Below are positions 20,362-35,400 of a stretch of 59,460 bases of DNA, piece by piece. The first letter of the stretch is position 1. Every line of letters begins with the position of its first letter. The stretch lies in contig BPDA01000005.1 of the NCBI GenBank assembly GCA_019654055.1, positions 1-59,460 of the forward strand, read 5' to 3'. The stretch is from Methanobacteriota archaeon. Its GTDB lineage: Archaea > Thermoplasmatota > Poseidoniia > Poseidoniales > Thalassarchaeaceae. The notes beneath the pieces are model-generated. The model had not been told where the DNA came from, did no database searches, and saw only the letters and a program-made list of their open reading frames with translations. A program made the translations under genes and the position numbers.

Positions 20362-21471
20362 TCAGGGTATCTCGTCGAACTGGTAACCCGTCTCCCACTT
20401 CTTCTCGCCCAGCGCGACCTCAAGTTCGTACGGGGTGATTAGCGGCTTGGCGTATCTTACCGAGTCGTCGATCGCTATCCGTGGGCAGGCCGTGTTCACG
20501 TAGGCGTCCACAGGGTAGAAGTCGATTAGGTCGGGACTGATGTGGTCTAGCGCCAGCAGGTAGCCCTTGCGCCCATGCTTCTCGAGCAAACGCTTCATGC
20601 GTATGGCTAGGTTTCGACGCATCTGCCCGGGCTTCTCACCGATCAGGATGCCGAACGAGGTCGCATCGTCCACGGAGTTGATGAGTCCGAAGCGCTGGCG
20701 AAGGATCCTCTCGATTCGCTCCAGTGACATCTCGGTGGCATCCCCTGAGTAGGGATCGAGCATGGCCAGCGGCTTGCCCGTGTGCAGGACCAGCCCGATG
20801 GGGTGGAAGTCACCCGAGCCTAGGAACAGGTAGTGGCCTATGGAGGGGTCGTCACCCGAGTAGTTGCACCCTAGGACCTGGCCCGGGAAGGTCAGCCTGT
20901 CACCGCCGACGGGAATCTCGACTTCGAACCCGGCTCTCTCCAGCCTGCCCTTGAACTCCTCGAGCAGATGGAGGTGCTGTATCGAGCCGACCAGCCCCAG
21001 CCTAGTCCCGGTAAGGGGGGACACGCGGCCAACGGCGTCCAGAAATCTCTCCTTGGCATCCTTCTCATCGATGTCGGACTGCTCTCCGGCCGACTCGAGC
21101 CGAGACTGCGCAATCGCCCGATGGCTCTCGAGCAGGGGCAGAACCGGAGCCAGCTCCGGGTCTCCGTCATATGTGACCGGGATGAAGTGAGTGGGCATGC
21201 CAGAGTCGATGTTCATCTGGCTGTGGCCCATGTGGGCGACCAGCTCGACACCCATCATCTGCATCTTGTCGTGCACTAGGTCGCACGCCCCGTAGCAGGG
21301 ATCCGCGGCTAGGACGACCTTCGCTCCCGACTCGTCCTCAATCGAGTCCATCATCTCCAGAGCTTGCATCTTCAGCCCCTCAGGGACTTGCAGAGCTACC
21401 AATCGGTTGTCGTTGGCCTTGATTCTCTCGACCAACTCGTCCAACTCGAAGTCGTGACGCTTCATGTCCAT
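20362..21471 (-). CDS. dph2: Diphthamide biosynthesis enzyme Dph2
   Basis: LQVPEGLK, PCYGACD, GQVLGCN, KPGQ, NTACPRIAIDD (three Fe-S Cys). Confidence 0.95.
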   Translation of the reverse strand: MDMKRHDFELDELVERIKANDNRLVALQVPEGLKMQALEMMDSIEDESGAKVVLAADPCYGACDLVHDKMQMMGVELVAHMGHSQMNIDSGMPTHFIPVTYDGDPELAPVLPLLESHRAIAQSRLESAGEQSDIDEKDAKERFLDAVGRVSPLTGTRLGLVGSIQHLHLLEEFKGRLERAGFEVEIPVGGDRLTFPGQVLGCNYSGDDPSIGHYLFLGSGDFHPIGLVLHTGKPLAMLDPYSGDATEMSLERIERILRQRFGLINSVDDATSFGILIGEKPGQMRRNLAIRMKRLLEKHGRKGYLLALDHISPDLIDFYPVDAYVNTACPRIAIDDSVRYAKPLITPYELEVALGEKKWETGYQFDEIP

Positions 21472-21475
21472 GCTA

Positions 21476-22054
21476 TCACTCGAGAATCTCGACCCTGCCG
21501 TTGATTATGTCTATTCGCGCCAGAGTCCGGATTGGCCACTCCGGCCGCTCCTTGGCGAGCCTTTCTCTCCCCTCACCCTTCTCGATGGCTATCACGATGT
21601 CCTGCAGGATGACTCCCATTTCCTCCAGAGTGTCTAGAATAGGTTCGAGAGTCCCTCCGGTCGAAATCACGTCATCGACAATCAGTATCCTCTCGCCCGG
21701 GGCGATGTCGTTGATGTAGGTGGTAGACTGCGAGTACCCCGTCGCTACATCGACCCGGACCTCGCCCTCCATACCGTACTGGCGCTTACGAATCACTACC
21801 GTCGGTTTGCCAGTGGCATCCCCGACCGTCGCCAAAAGCGGCAGCCCCATGGCCTCCACGCTGACGATCAGGTCGATGTTCGACCAGTCGACCATCTCTA
21901 CAATTAGGTCCCGGGTGGCTCGCAGAACGTCTGCATCCATCCGGGGAATCCCGTCAGATATTGGGTGGATGAAGTAAGGGTACTCGCCCTTCCAAATGAT
22001 CGGTGAGCCACGTAACGAGTCCTGCAGCACCGTCAGCGGGTCAGAGGGCGACAT
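21476..22054 (-). CDS. hpt: Archaeal purine (hypoxanthine/guanine or adenine) phosphoribosyltransferase
   Basis: YPYFIHPISDG, EAMGLPL, PRPP motif ILIVDDVISTGGT. Confidence 0.85.
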   Translation of the reverse strand: MSPSDPLTVLQDSLRGSPIIWKGEYPYFIHPISDGIPRMDADVLRATRDLIVEMVDWSNIDLIVSVEAMGLPLLATVGDATGKPTVVIRKRQYGMEGEVRVDVATGYSQSTTYINDIAPGERILIVDDVISTGGTLEPILDTLEEMGVILQDIVIAIEKGEGRERLAKERPEWPIRTLARIDIINGRVEILE

Positions 22055-22066
22055 GGCCCTGCAACC

Positions 22067-22606
22067 TCAGACAAGGCCCTTCAAATGCTCGGCGCCCTTG
22101 ATTAGCCTAATTGTGCAAGGGGTCGGGAACTTGCAACCCGCCTTCCTCAGTGCGTCACGGGCCACTAGGTAGTTTTCCGGGTCGGTCTGGATGGAGACCA
22201 GAGTCTGGTCTCGCTGGACGCGGGCAGCGGTGCCGACGTTCTTTCCGAAGGACTGCCTCATTCCCAGAGAGACACGGTCAGCCCCAGCACCGGTAGCCTG
22301 CTTGTTCTCACGTAGGATTTGGTGAGGATAGGTGTGCATGCGGAGAGCGTATCCCATTTCACCAGCGCTCTTCCTGATGGTCGCGTTGGCTGCTTGCCGG
22401 GCCGCCTCCAAGGCCGAGTCCCGAACCTGACAGGGGTTGTCGGCAGTTAGCTCCACGACCACTTCAAACTGACCTGCTTCGGCAGCCTTCCTGTTGCCCA
22501 TGAAGTAGCGCAGGATGCGGTTGTTGGGAACTCCTCCCGAGTACTCCCGGCGGGTGTACGCCTGACCCTTAATCTGGCGATACATCTTCGCTGGCTTGCG
22601 CGCCAT
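22067..22606 (-). CDS. rpl10e: 50S ribosomal protein L10e (uL16)
   Basis: MARKPAKMYR, ALEAARQ, YPHQILRENKQATGAGADRVS.GMRQSFGK. Confidence 0.97.
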   Translation of the reverse strand: MARKPAKMYRQIKGQAYTRREYSGGVPNNRILRYFMGNRKAAEAGQFEVVVELTADNPCQVRDSALEAARQAANATIRKSAGEMGYALRMHTYPHQILRENKQATGAGADRVSLGMRQSFGKNVGTAARVQRDQTLVSIQTDPENYLVARDALRKAGCKFPTPCTIRLIKGAEHLKGLV

Positions 22607-22673
22607 TACACTACCTCGTTGGCGGGCCACCGACCCTCTCTATTTAACCATGAGGCAACGCCGAAGGCGTTCC

Positions 22674-23637
22674 TCAATTGACGGTCAGCCTCTCGCTCTC
22701 CCTCTGGACCTGCCTGACTCCAATCACTATCAGCACGAAGCCGACGAGCATCGATGCCCCGATGCTCTCGCCCAGCAGGACCCATCCGCTCAGGACCCCG
22801 AAAACAGGGACAAGGAAGACGTAGGAGGCCGCTGCAGTGGGGCCAATCCTGTCGATGCCCCTAGCGAACCACACGTAAGTCAGGACGGTCGAGAATAACC
22901 CCCTAGGTAGGTGACCGAGATCCATTCCGCTGAACTGGGACTGGGGATGCCAGAGGCCCAGACCTCGGCCAGCACCCAAAGGGAGTGAGCATAGCCCAAC
23001 CGACTATTGAGTACCAAATCACCAGTTCCTCGGTGGTGCCAACGCCACCCTCTCTCAGAGCCATCTTGGTAAGGTTGCTGTTCGTCGCCCACGCGAGGGC
23101 GGCCAGCACAATCATCGCATCCCCGAGCAGCCGGTGTTCGAACGGGATGCCGGTGTTTGGACTCCAGCCCACAACAGTGCCGCCCTCCGAGCATCCCAAG
23201 CACCAGACCGAGTGCCATCCTCCCGGTCAATCTCTGACCCAGCATCGGTGCGGCCAGAAGGACGGTGAATACCGGATTGATGGGGATGATGAGCGAGCCG
23301 TCTCCAGCTGCGGTCCACCTCATCCCATGCATGAACAGGAGCTGGTACACCATCGTCCCGAGCAGCCCAAGCCAAATCGTATATCGCCATGACCGCGAGT
23401 CATGGGGAAGCAGCCTGGGGTCCTCCACGGTTCCTGTATGTCCCCCACCAGGCAACGAACGCCATTACGGCAACGACGTATCTCAGCCAGGCTGCGGTCG
23501 CCGGCCCAAGATTGGCCCCTGTAGATTCGTCCAGACCGTAGCTGAGAAACCTGCCCACGGCCCATGTTGAGCCCCATATCACGGCGCCCTAGGAGCAGCA
23601 GCAGATGCGTCCCGAGGTTTCCTTCAGATCTAGGCAT
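22674..23637 (-). CDS. EamA/DMT family transporter (multiple apparent frameshifts)
   Basis: Fragments MIWGSTWAVG, INPVFTVLLA, GDAMIVLAALAWA and FLVPVFGVLSGWVLLGE give two EamA repeats. Confidence 0.85.
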
Positions 23638-24827
23638 CCCCGCCTCCGATCGTCATCAGCCTCTCGATGAACCCGGGATCGCTGACCGCACACGCCTCGG
23701 ACCCGTTCACGATGCCCCCGCACTTGCTGGCCAGAGCCATCGCGGCCATCGCCAGTCGATGGTCATCCATCGAGTCCACAGGAAGATCGGGCCTGAGAGG
23801 AACCTGCCCTCCCGCTACCTCGACCCCGTCCTCACTCTCGCTGGCTTCCATTCCGAAGCAGCGTAGCAGGCCCACGGTGCTGCTGATTCTGTCCGACTCT
23901 TTACCCCTAGCATGGGCTACCCCGGTGATTCTTCCACCCCTGCCCAGCGCCATCAGGGCTGCAGCGGAGGCAATGATATCACTCTCATCGCGTTTAAAAC
24001 CAGCACCTCGACCCACTCGGCCAACCCCCTCATCGCCACAGACAGCTCTAGGCTTCCTCCCGTGACCACGACCTCGACGCCGTGCAGTTCTGCTAGCAGC
24101 ATCGCGATTGGAAGCAGGCTGAGTTCGACTGGGATATCGACCTCTCTCGGAGTGTCGGGTGGCCATGGTTCCAAGGTCAAGCTGTCATACAGCATCTCGT
24201 TGCTGGAACCGCATTTGGCTGCTAACTCGTATGACAGCTCGGAGTATCCCCTGCTCACCCGGTGCGACGAGGTCTCGAGGCTGATTGCCCCCGAATAGCT
24301 TGGCGATGCGATTAGGAGGGCAGACAGGGGCTGGCTGGAATCGCTGAGGTCTAGTTGGGCATGTTTCCCGGGGCGATTGGCCCGGTCACGGTCAGAGGGA
24401 GCCTGTCCGAAGTGACCTCGCAGCCGAGCTCCCTCAGCACTCCTGCAAGAGCGGACATATCGCGCCGCCTCAGTGACCTGTCCCCATCCAGGATGATGGG
24501 CTCACTCATGCCGGCGGCCATCGCCATCAAGAAGCGGGCCGCAGTGGCCGAGTTGCCGCAGTCGAGGACCTCTTCGGGCACGGAGAACTCATTCCGACCG
24601 ACGCCGCTCACGACCCAACTGGAGTCACCCTCCTCTATCCCAGTCCCGAGTTGCCTAAGGCATCCGGCCATGGAGCGGACATCCTCGCCAACGCTGCCGG
24701 AGAAGCTCAGCACCGTCTCGCCTTCTGCCTGCGCCGCGAGTGCCAGCCAGCGGATCATGTGACTCTTGGATGGCGGCAGTGACCACTCAATGGCCGCTTC
24801 GGGGCGCATCGGCTCGATGCTCAGCAC
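23630..24827 (-). CDS. aroA: 3-phosphoshikimate 1-carboxyvinyltransferase (EPSP synthase), frameshifted
   Basis: LPPSKSH, DCGNSAT, LDGDRSLRRR, SSQPLSALL, RGKESDRI and DDHRLAM distributed over several frames. Confidence 0.85.
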
Positions 24828-24871
24828 GACAATGCCAAGGCCACCGTTGTGTTGAATCCTCTCATGCTTGG

Positions 24872-25696
24872 CTAAGCCCTTATCCAGTCGCCGAAGTCAC
24901 TCTCTCCGTCCCACTCCACCGACCTCTGGTCTATCAGACTCGACTCGAGGGTCTGCTCGAGCGAGTCATCAATCCTGATCAGGTTGTTGCGCTTCAGCAG
25001 CCCCGGGCTGAGTCCCGGTAGCAGGACTGACATCGCCCTAGGTACTCTACCGGGATAGACCTCGTTGACGTGCCTGACGATGTTGGTGGTGCAAGTATTA
25101 GTGATGCTGTGGTACCACTCGGGACGGTCATGTAGGTCGTTGGTCCTGCGCAGGAACGACTCGAGCAGCCTGCGGTGATTGTCCTCGCCGAGTACTATGC
25201 CCTCGAACAGGTGGGTCTTGGAGTTCCTCCTGCACCTAGCTCTGACTCCTATGGAATCACTCTCAGTGGCCCAGACGTAGAGCAGCTCGTACTGCCTCAG
25301 CATCCCCCTGATGGGGTGGTAAGTCTCACCGACCTCTCTCCTGACCTCAATCGAGCAGGAAAGCCTCCTCCCATCATCGAACTCGAAACTCATCAGCGTG
25401 TGGGCTATCGGCTTTCGCTTTGGGTCGAAGTACTCCAGCACCAGCCAGATCGCAGTCACCTCGCTAGGGCGAAACGTCCAGTCGGTCCAACGCTCGTCGA
25501 AGTCTCTCGTGGTCCTCCAGCGGAAGTCCCTGACATTGCGCAGGGTGACCTCGTCGCCGTCGAAATCGGCGTACGCCATCCTGCGATTCTCGACCACCCA
25601 TTCGCGCTCGTTGGAGGGCTTTAGGCCTAGGTGTCTGAGTGTGATGACCAGTATCACGGCGAGCCCGGCGAGCCATGCGTATTCCGCCGGGTCCAC
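24872..25696 (-). CDS. DUF4105 (Lnb N-terminal-like) domain protein
   Basis: N-terminal TM helix, VTLRNVRDF, AHTLMSFEF, SIEVRRE, RQYEL, YHSITNTCTT. GTG start with a GGAGG RBS. Confidence 0.8.
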   Translation of the reverse strand: MDPAEYAWLAGLAVILVITLRHLGLKPSNEREWVVENRRMAYADFDGDEVTLRNVRDFRWRTTRDFDERWTDWTFRPSEVTAIWLVLEYFDPKRKPIAHTLMSFEFDDGRRLSCSIEVRREVGETYHPIRGMLRQYELLYVWATESDSIGVRARCRRNSKTHLFEGIVLGEDNHRRLLESFLRRTNDLHDRPEWYHSITNTCTTNIVRHVNEVYPGRVPRAMSVLLPGLSPGLLKRNNLIRIDDSLEQTLESSLIDQRSVEWDGESDFGDWIRA

Positions 25697-25743
25697 GCCC
25701 CTCCGTGGCGCGGCCGGGCGCATCAAACTGTCCTAGGGTAGGG

Positions 25744-25830
25744 TGGCGCGGCAGGGGAGATTCGAACTCCCGAGGTGAAACACCACTGGATTAGCAATCC
25801 AGCGCAATGGCCAGGCTATGCGACTGCCGC
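25744..25830 (-). tRNA. tRNA-Ser(GCT)
   Basis: Reverse complement reads GCGGCAG...CTGGA-TTGCTAA-TCCAG, a long variable arm, GTTCGAATC T-loop and ...CTGCCGCG-CCA with encoded CCA. No intron. Confidence 0.95.
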
Positions 25831-25872
25831 AGTGGTTGTTCCACCCGCATCAATCGCTTAAGCCGAGCGGTT

Positions 25873-28569
25873 TCACTCCTCTTCGAGCGTCGGCTCGTCC
25901 GCATCGGAAGAGTCCACTAGGTCAGCCGGAAGCCTAGCGACGAAGATGATTTCGTCAACGTAGCCCGACCGATCGGCGTCGCGTAACTCCATGATTCGAG
26001 TTCCCTTTGTCACCTTGCCCAAGGTCTCCTTGGTCTGTCCGGAAACCATCCTAATCATCATTCCAGTTCCTGTCAGCATGAACAGCTGATCGTCGAGGTC
26101 AGGGATTTGCCGCACGCTGACGATACGGTCGTCGTCGCGCAGCGACATAGTTCGAACTCCCTTCGTTCCCCTGTTCGTGCGCCTGTAACCATCCCTCATC
26201 ATGATGGCTTTACCATCTTCTCCAACCACCTCTTTTCCTTCCTCATCAAGCGCCACAATCATCTCGCCAGAGCCGAGTCTGCTGCGCTTGGCCATGCCGT
26301 ACTTGGAGATCGTCAGTACGCTGGTGTCGAAATCATCGGTTACAATCATCCCGATTACCTTGTCGCCCTTTCGTAGCTTCATTCCCGAGACACCCTGGCT
26401 GACTCTGCCTTGGGCCCGTACCACGTGTGTGGTCATCGTCTCGCCCGAGTTCTGGTCTACTCTCGACTTCTCCTCGGCTGGCATGAACCTGCAGGCGTTG
26501 CCTTGCGAGGACACGAGAACGACGTGATCGGCATCACTCGCCGACCTGACGGTCACCAGCGAGTCCTCCTCTCCCTCAGCAAAGCGGAGGGCGTACTTTC
26601 CGTTGCGGTTAATCTTGACGTACTCGGAGAGGCGACTCTTCTTGATGCGACCGTTGGTGGTTGCGAACATCAGATAGTTGCCTTCTGGATTTTCGATGAG
26701 CTCCCTGCTGAGAGGGAGTATTGAGATTACCTTCTCCTCGTCGCGGATGCCGCCGAGCAGGTTGCGGATGTGTGAGCCCCTGCCGTGGCGACTGGCGGAC
26801 GGCGTCTCCCATGCTCTGAGCCCGTATACGCGACCCATGTCGGTGAATATCAGCAACCTGTCCTTTGAGAAGCACGTTACGATTTTGGAGGGAGCGTCCT
26901 CCTCCTTCGTCGCCACCCCCTTGAGCCCCTTCCCACCTCTGTTCTGTAGTCGGAAGGCCTCTACTGGGAGGTGGCGGATGTAGTTGTCCTGAGTCAACGA
27001 GATCACGAAAGCCTCCTCGGCTACTAGGTCCTCGCGATCCATGGAGAGCGGAGTCGGGTCGATGCTGGAGCGTCGCTCGTCGCCATGCCGCTCGACTACC
27101 TCGTCTAGCTCGGAAATGATGATCTCTAGGCGTTGGATGCGATTCCCGAGGATGCCCTTCAGGTCCTTGATGGCCTGCTTCAGTTTCTCCAACTCGTCAG
27201 AGACCTCCTGTACATTCATCTTGGTGAGTTGGTAGAGGCGTCGCTCTGCGATTGCCTTGGCCTGCTTCTCCGAGAAGTCGAAACGCTTCACCTTGGGGTA
27301 TTTCTCCTCACCCCTGAGGTACTGCTCGAACTGCTCCCGGGAGTTGGAATTCCGACCGACCTCGATAATCTCGGCCATCCTCTTTTGGGCCTTCATCAGA
27401 CCCTCTAGAATGTGCGCCCGAGCCTGTGCCTTGTCGAGGTCGAACTGGGTGCGCCTCTCGATGACCGACTCCCGATGCCTGACGTGCGTGTGCAGGATTG
27501 TGCGCAAGTCGAGCTGGACCGGTTCTTCCTTCAGGATCCCCATCATGTTGGCGGAGTATGACTCCTGCAGCCTGCTCGACTGGTAGAGCTGATTCAGGAC
27601 GGCGTGCGGGTCTGCGTTCTGCTTGATCTCTATGACTACCCTGATGCCTTCCTTGTTGGACTCGTCCCTGATGTCCCTGATTCCCTTGACGGCCTCCTTC
27701 TGGACCAGTTCGGCGATGCCTTGCAGCATCCCGGCCTTCTTGACCTGGTAGGGGATTGAGTGGACGATTAGCCGCTTGCCCGACGAGTCGTCTAGGACCT
27801 CGACGTCAGAGCGGATGTGGAAGCGGCCGTTACCGGTCCTGTACATATCGACGATTCCGTCGATTCCGTGGATTGTAGCACCGGTTGGGAAGTCCGGTCC
27901 CTTGAGAAAATCCATGTACTCCAAGGCATCTATCTTTGGCGGGTTGTCAAGTCCAATCTTCCGATTCTGCTCGATGACCTTCTCTACGTGGAACTTGATG
28001 GCGGCAGCCACTTCGTTGAGGTTGTGCGGAGGTATCTTCGTGGCCATCCCGACGGCAATCCCATCGCTGCCGTTGAGCAGCAGGTTGGGCAGGCGAGACG
28101 GCAGCACAGCCGGCTCGGTCTCAGTATCGTCGAAGTTGGGCTCCATGTCGATTGTGTTCTTGTTGATGTCATCCAGCATGTGCTGTGACATCCGGTCTAG
28201 GCGACTCTCCGTGTAGCGCATCGCAGCAGGGGGATCGCCGTCAATCGAGCCAAAGTTTCCCTGCCCGTCTATCAGTGGGTACCTGAGGGAGAAGTCCTGA
28301 GCCATCCTGACCATGGTGTCGTACAGGGCTTGGTCGCCGTGAGGGTGGTATTTCCCCATCACCTCGCCGACCGATCGTGCCGACTTGCTGTACCCCTTCT
28401 CATGGGTGTGACCAGCTTGGTGCATACCCCAGAGGATACGGCGATGTACGGGCTTGAGCCCATCTCTTACGTCAGGGAGTGCACGCCCGATGATGACGCT
28501 CATGGCGTAGTTGATGTAACTCTCCGTCATCTCGTCGGATACGTACCTACGTCGCATATCCTCAGCCAT
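25873..28569 (-). CDS. gyrA: DNA gyrase subunit A
   Basis: [29 protein letters not shown], GyrA-box QNRGGKG. Confidence 0.98.
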   Translation of the reverse strand: MAEDMRRRYVSDEMTESYINYAMSVIIGRALPDVRDGLKPVHRRILWGMHQAGHTHEKGYSKSARSVGEVMGKYHPHGDQALYDTMVRMAQDFSLRYPLIDGQGNFGSIDGDPPAAMRYTESRLDRMSQHMLDDINKNTIDMEPNFDDTETEPAVLPSRLPNLLLNGSDGIAVGMATKIPPHNLNEVAAAIKFHVEKVIEQNRKIGLDNPPKIDALEYMDFLKGPDFPTGATIHGIDGIVDMYRTGNGRFHIRSDVEVLDDSSGKRLIVHSIPYQVKKAGMLQGIAELVQKEAVKGIRDIRDESNKEGIRVVIEIKQNADPHAVLNQLYQSSRLQESYSANMMGILKEEPVQLDLRTILHTHVRHRESVIERRTQFDLDKAQARAHILEGLMKAQKRMAEIIEVGRNSNSREQFEQYLRGEEKYPKVKRFDFSEKQAKAIAERRLYQLTKMNVQEVSDELEKLKQAIKDLKGILGNRIQRLEIIISELDEVVERHGDERRSSIDPTPLSMDREDLVAEEAFVISLTQDNYIRHLPVEAFRLQNRGGKGLKGVATKEEDAPSKIVTCFSKDRLLIFTDMGRVYGLRAWETPSASRHGRGSHIRNLLGGIRDEEKVISILPLSRELIENPEGNYLMFATTNGRIKKSRLSEYVKINRNGKYALRFAEGEEDSLVTVRSASDADHVVLVSSQGNACRFMPAEEKSRVDQNSGETMTTHVVRAQGRVSQGVSGMKLRKGDKVIGMIVTDDFDTSVLTISKYGMAKRSRLGSGEMIVALDEEGKEVVGEDGKAIMMRDGYRRTNRGTKGVRTMSLRDDDRIVSVRQIPDLDDQLFMLTGTGMMIRMVSGQTKETLGKVTKGTRIMELRDADRSGYVDEIIFVARLPADLVDSSDADEPTLEEE

Positions 28570-28578
28570 CTAAGCACC

Positions 28579-31534
<2,956 letters not shown>

Positions 31535-31538
<4 letters not shown>

Positions 31539-32434
31539 TCTTCCCCGCTGCGCTCGTCGCTCTCCTTCTCAAGGTAGGGGACCTGCCGTAGGTCCTCCTC
31601 GTCACCCAGGCCTGCTGACATGTACCTGCTGTGAATCACTAGGGGCCCCACTATGCAGGCTATCGGCAGTGCTGCGATGAGGACGTAGGCGATGAAGACG
31701 GGAAGGGTAGTCCTCTCCTCGACGTCTACTAGAACCTCCACATTCATGACTCCACCAGCAGCCTTCCTGTCCGAGCCCCTCTCGTTATCCCAGCCATCTA
31801 CCACTAGGTAGTACTTCGGATCCCCTCCGCCGAACCAAGGTGTCGAGGACCACGCCGACCCCGTCGAGTCTATGGCCACCGAGAACACCTGGCTGGAAAC
31901 GTCCTCATAGTAATGGACATCTCTGAACGGCAGCCACATGACCATGTCCCTCCATTCCACCGGCAGATCCTCCAACGCCGACCCGAGTTCCCCCTCCTCC
32001 CTGAATTCGTAGCTCGAGACGTAGCGGTCCCAGTTCACCGCGTCCATCAGGTATACATCGCCGACCGCGCCCATGGTGGGGGCCGACTGTGAGTCGGGGC
32101 TGAGGTAGACGCAGAATGTGTACTGGTAACCGGGGACCAGCTCCATCCCGATGGCGTTCGCGCTGTCGTTGTAGACCGTCATGTCGGTGCTGAAGTCACG
32201 ATCCAGGGACCTCAGAGAATCCATGTCGTCCCCCCACCCCCAGAATCCCCCACTGTCAACCGAGGTCTCCTCGAAGTACTGGTCTATTCCCGGGGGATTA
32301 CTGGCGGGTACATCGCAGTCTGCTTCAGCGGACGCGACAGGGGCTGCGATAACAGCATAGAGCATCACTACGGCAGGTAGGACGAGGCAGAGGTTGAGGG
32401 CGCCGGCAACGAGCTTACTGGGGCCGTTATCCAC
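31535..32434 (-). CDS. Hypothetical exported protein with C-terminal membrane anchor
   Basis: GTG start with AGGAGG RBS, signal-like N-terminus, acidic beta-rich body, C-terminal TM helix and charged tail. Confidence 0.65.
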
Positions 32435-32436
32435 GC

Positions 32437-35400
32437 TCAGCGCCTCCTTGTCCGAATGGGTCGGACATATCCTGACTCCTTGTTTCTTCGCTCCTGGACC
32501 GTTAGGTACTTCGGCTGTGGAGGGGGATTGTGCTGATCCATACCGGGAAGACCACCTTCGACTTCCACTTCTGTGACGTCGTAGGTCTCCAGCATCTCCT
32601 CGGCATCCACCTCGTCCTCGTCCTTTTCCCGCATGATGAGCCACCCCAGAAGAAGGACGGCAGCGATGAGGGCAAACAGACCAGCGCTCTCCCTGTTGGG
32701 TACGAGGTCCTCCCATGTCAGGTCGGAGAGCGACTTGGGCTTGTCATCCTCCTGCTCGGCAAGGACCGTAATGACGTACTCCTCGGACGAGCAGACTCCC
32801 ACGCCGTCGCACACCTGCATCAGGATTCTGATCTCCCCTGGCTGACTCCAAGTCTGGTTCCCCCAGAGCCAGTCGTTACGCGAGTCACCGTCGAGGTCGG
32901 TGTCCTGCAATGCGTTGAGGTCCCATCTGACTACCAGTGGTCCCGTCAGTGGCCGATCGCGATCATTGGCGGGGTCCCCATCGCCATCGCTGTCGTCAGA
33001 CTGATCTAGGTCCATCCAAGCCTCGATGCCGTCGATGAGGTCAGCATCGTAGGCACTGGAGTTCAGCAAGACCACGTCGTCAATCGAGACGTAGTCGGCG
33101 AGATCGGGTCTTCCGTCGTGATTATCGGGGCCCTTGAGACGTGTACAGTCAGGGTCGTTCTATTGGTCTCGCCGCCTTCGAATCCGTCGACCACAGTCAG
33201 AGTCACAACGTAGGTCCCGGGTATCTGGTATGAGTGCCACACGACAGGTCCGCTGACTGGTGAGCTGGCATCGCCGAAGTCCCAGATCCAGGAGACGATA
33301 CCATTCCACTCCGATGACTCGGAATCCGTGGAAGTTCTGCCCACGAACAGGGGGTCGGCGTCATAGCTGCCTGAACCATCGAATCTGATGGGGTCTCCCG
33401 GAGCCACGAAGGCAGCCCCAGTCGATGTATGGGGGACCTGCCAGACCACTCCGTCTTCGGTCAAGGGGATTTCTCCCAATACGGTTCCGTTGATGCTCGG
33501 GCAGCTGAATTCGAGTTCGGGCACGGGCAGAGGGTTGGCTATCCTAATCGAGTATGACTTGGTGGCTGAGGAGAGCCCCCTCTCGTCGATTACGGTGAGG
33601 CTGACAGTGTACAGTCCGGGCTCTAGGAATGTATGACTCACTGAGGAGACGTTGTACACTGGTTCGTCGAGATCCGAGATCTCCCAGATTGTCTGCAGCA
33701 GCGCCGTGTCGCCGTCGGGGTCGAACGACTCGCTGACGAACGTGTATGACGTGTCCACCTCTCCATCGAGGGGCCTTGCGAAGACGGCTACAGGTCTCTG
33801 GTTGAGCACCTGAACCTGCAGTATGGCCACCGAGGTGTTTCCATCATCATCAGTGACCTCGAGGGTGACGTTCTTCATTCCAGGCTCGAGCCACCCTACC
33901 TGGGGGTTCTGCTCTATCGACTCCGTCGATGAGAAGTCCGAGGTCAGGGTCATTCCGGAACCGTCCAGATTGACTCCGCCTTCGAAGAACCAGTAGTACT
34001 CGACTATCATCCCGTCGGAGTCCTCGAAGACTGTCGGCATGGTTAGGGGGGTCAGGGTGTCGGTCTGCAATGGCTCGTCGAAGATCTGCTTGGGCAGCCG
34101 ATTCAGGACTTTGATGTAGATTGAATGCTCGACGCTGTGTAATCCGTCGTCGACGGTCAGGGTCAGCGTGTACACGATTCCGTCCGCGCTGCCATCGACC
34201 CAAGAGTGCCCCGCTTCGGCAGCACCGCGGCCGTCCTCGGTCTGCCCGTCACCCCAGTCCCACGTGAAGATTAGCTCATCGAGGGGGACGTTGTCGGTGG
34301 TCCCTCTGGCTGAGAACTGAACCCTTTGGTCCGTGAGCAGAACCAGTTCGTCGGTGATTACGACGCCGTCTACGGAAATTTCTGGCACAGGGTCCGAGTC
34401 ATCACTCACCGAGATGTTCCACGACTGTGGCTCGGAGTAGTACCCACCCTGATCCTGCACCACGAGGACGACTTGGTAGTCCCCCTCGTTGAGGTACGAG
34501 TGGGTCGGGTTTTTCAGCCCGGAGGAGTTGTTGTCACCGAGGTCCCAGACGTAGCCCACTGGAGTGTCATTGTGGCTGAACGTGCCGTTGAGCTGCCCGA
34601 ATCCCCACGAGTCGTACCCCGATCCGAACATATCCACAGGCAACCATGTCTGGGTGACTGAGGTGGAGACCGACCCTGATGCCACAGGCTCCATGTTGGC
34701 CAGAGACATCGGGAGGGAGAACGCTTGGTCAACAATCTCGCCGGTGACGTCGCGGATGCGTATGCCGAAGGACCAGTCGCCCGACGAGGGCGGTGTGAAC
34801 CATACGCTCCTGGGAGAGGGGATGCTATTACCCGCGGTGATGTCGAACACCACCGAGTCGGAGATTGTGTTGTTGACGAAGGCCTCGACAGTCACTTCGA
34901 GGATTTCGAAGAACGCGTTAGACTCCACCTCCATGTCAATCTGCACACTGTCGTCCAGACCGTCACCGTCCCTGTCGAAGGGTGATATCGTGTCTATAGA
35001 GACTTCCGCGGGGTCGGTAATCAGGCCCGCGTGCACAGTCACCGATGCAGTGGGATAAGACCCCGTGGTGATGCCGCATGACACGTAGTTATAGTCGCAG
35101 TCAGAAACCATGGACTCGTACCACGTGAGTAGCCAGACCTCGTCAGTGGTGTTTCCGAAACCGTGCACCAGCCCAGTCCCGGCCCCACTCCCCGAATCGA
35201 TTCTCATGCTGCTCATGGACCAAGTCCCCGTGTCCGCATCACGCGACATGATGGCCCCTTTGAAGCCGAACTGGGTTGGTTGCACCATGAGGTTCAGTGG
35301 GGCACCCGAGCCTTGCGAGAACTTGTACGCCCTCATACCCCAGCCCTCTATGTTCTGACTGGAGCTGTTCCAGTCGTTGACCCACTGGTCGTTGTATCCG

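Noticed and set aside
19037-20362. Replication origin flanking cdc6
   Set aside because: Flanking gaps are under about 80 bp, with no ORB repeats or AT-rich unwinding element.
25744-25830. Intact integrated element at tRNA-Ser
   Set aside because: There is no integrase, and the flanking genes are housekeeping-type with host-like composition. Only a short possible scar is present.
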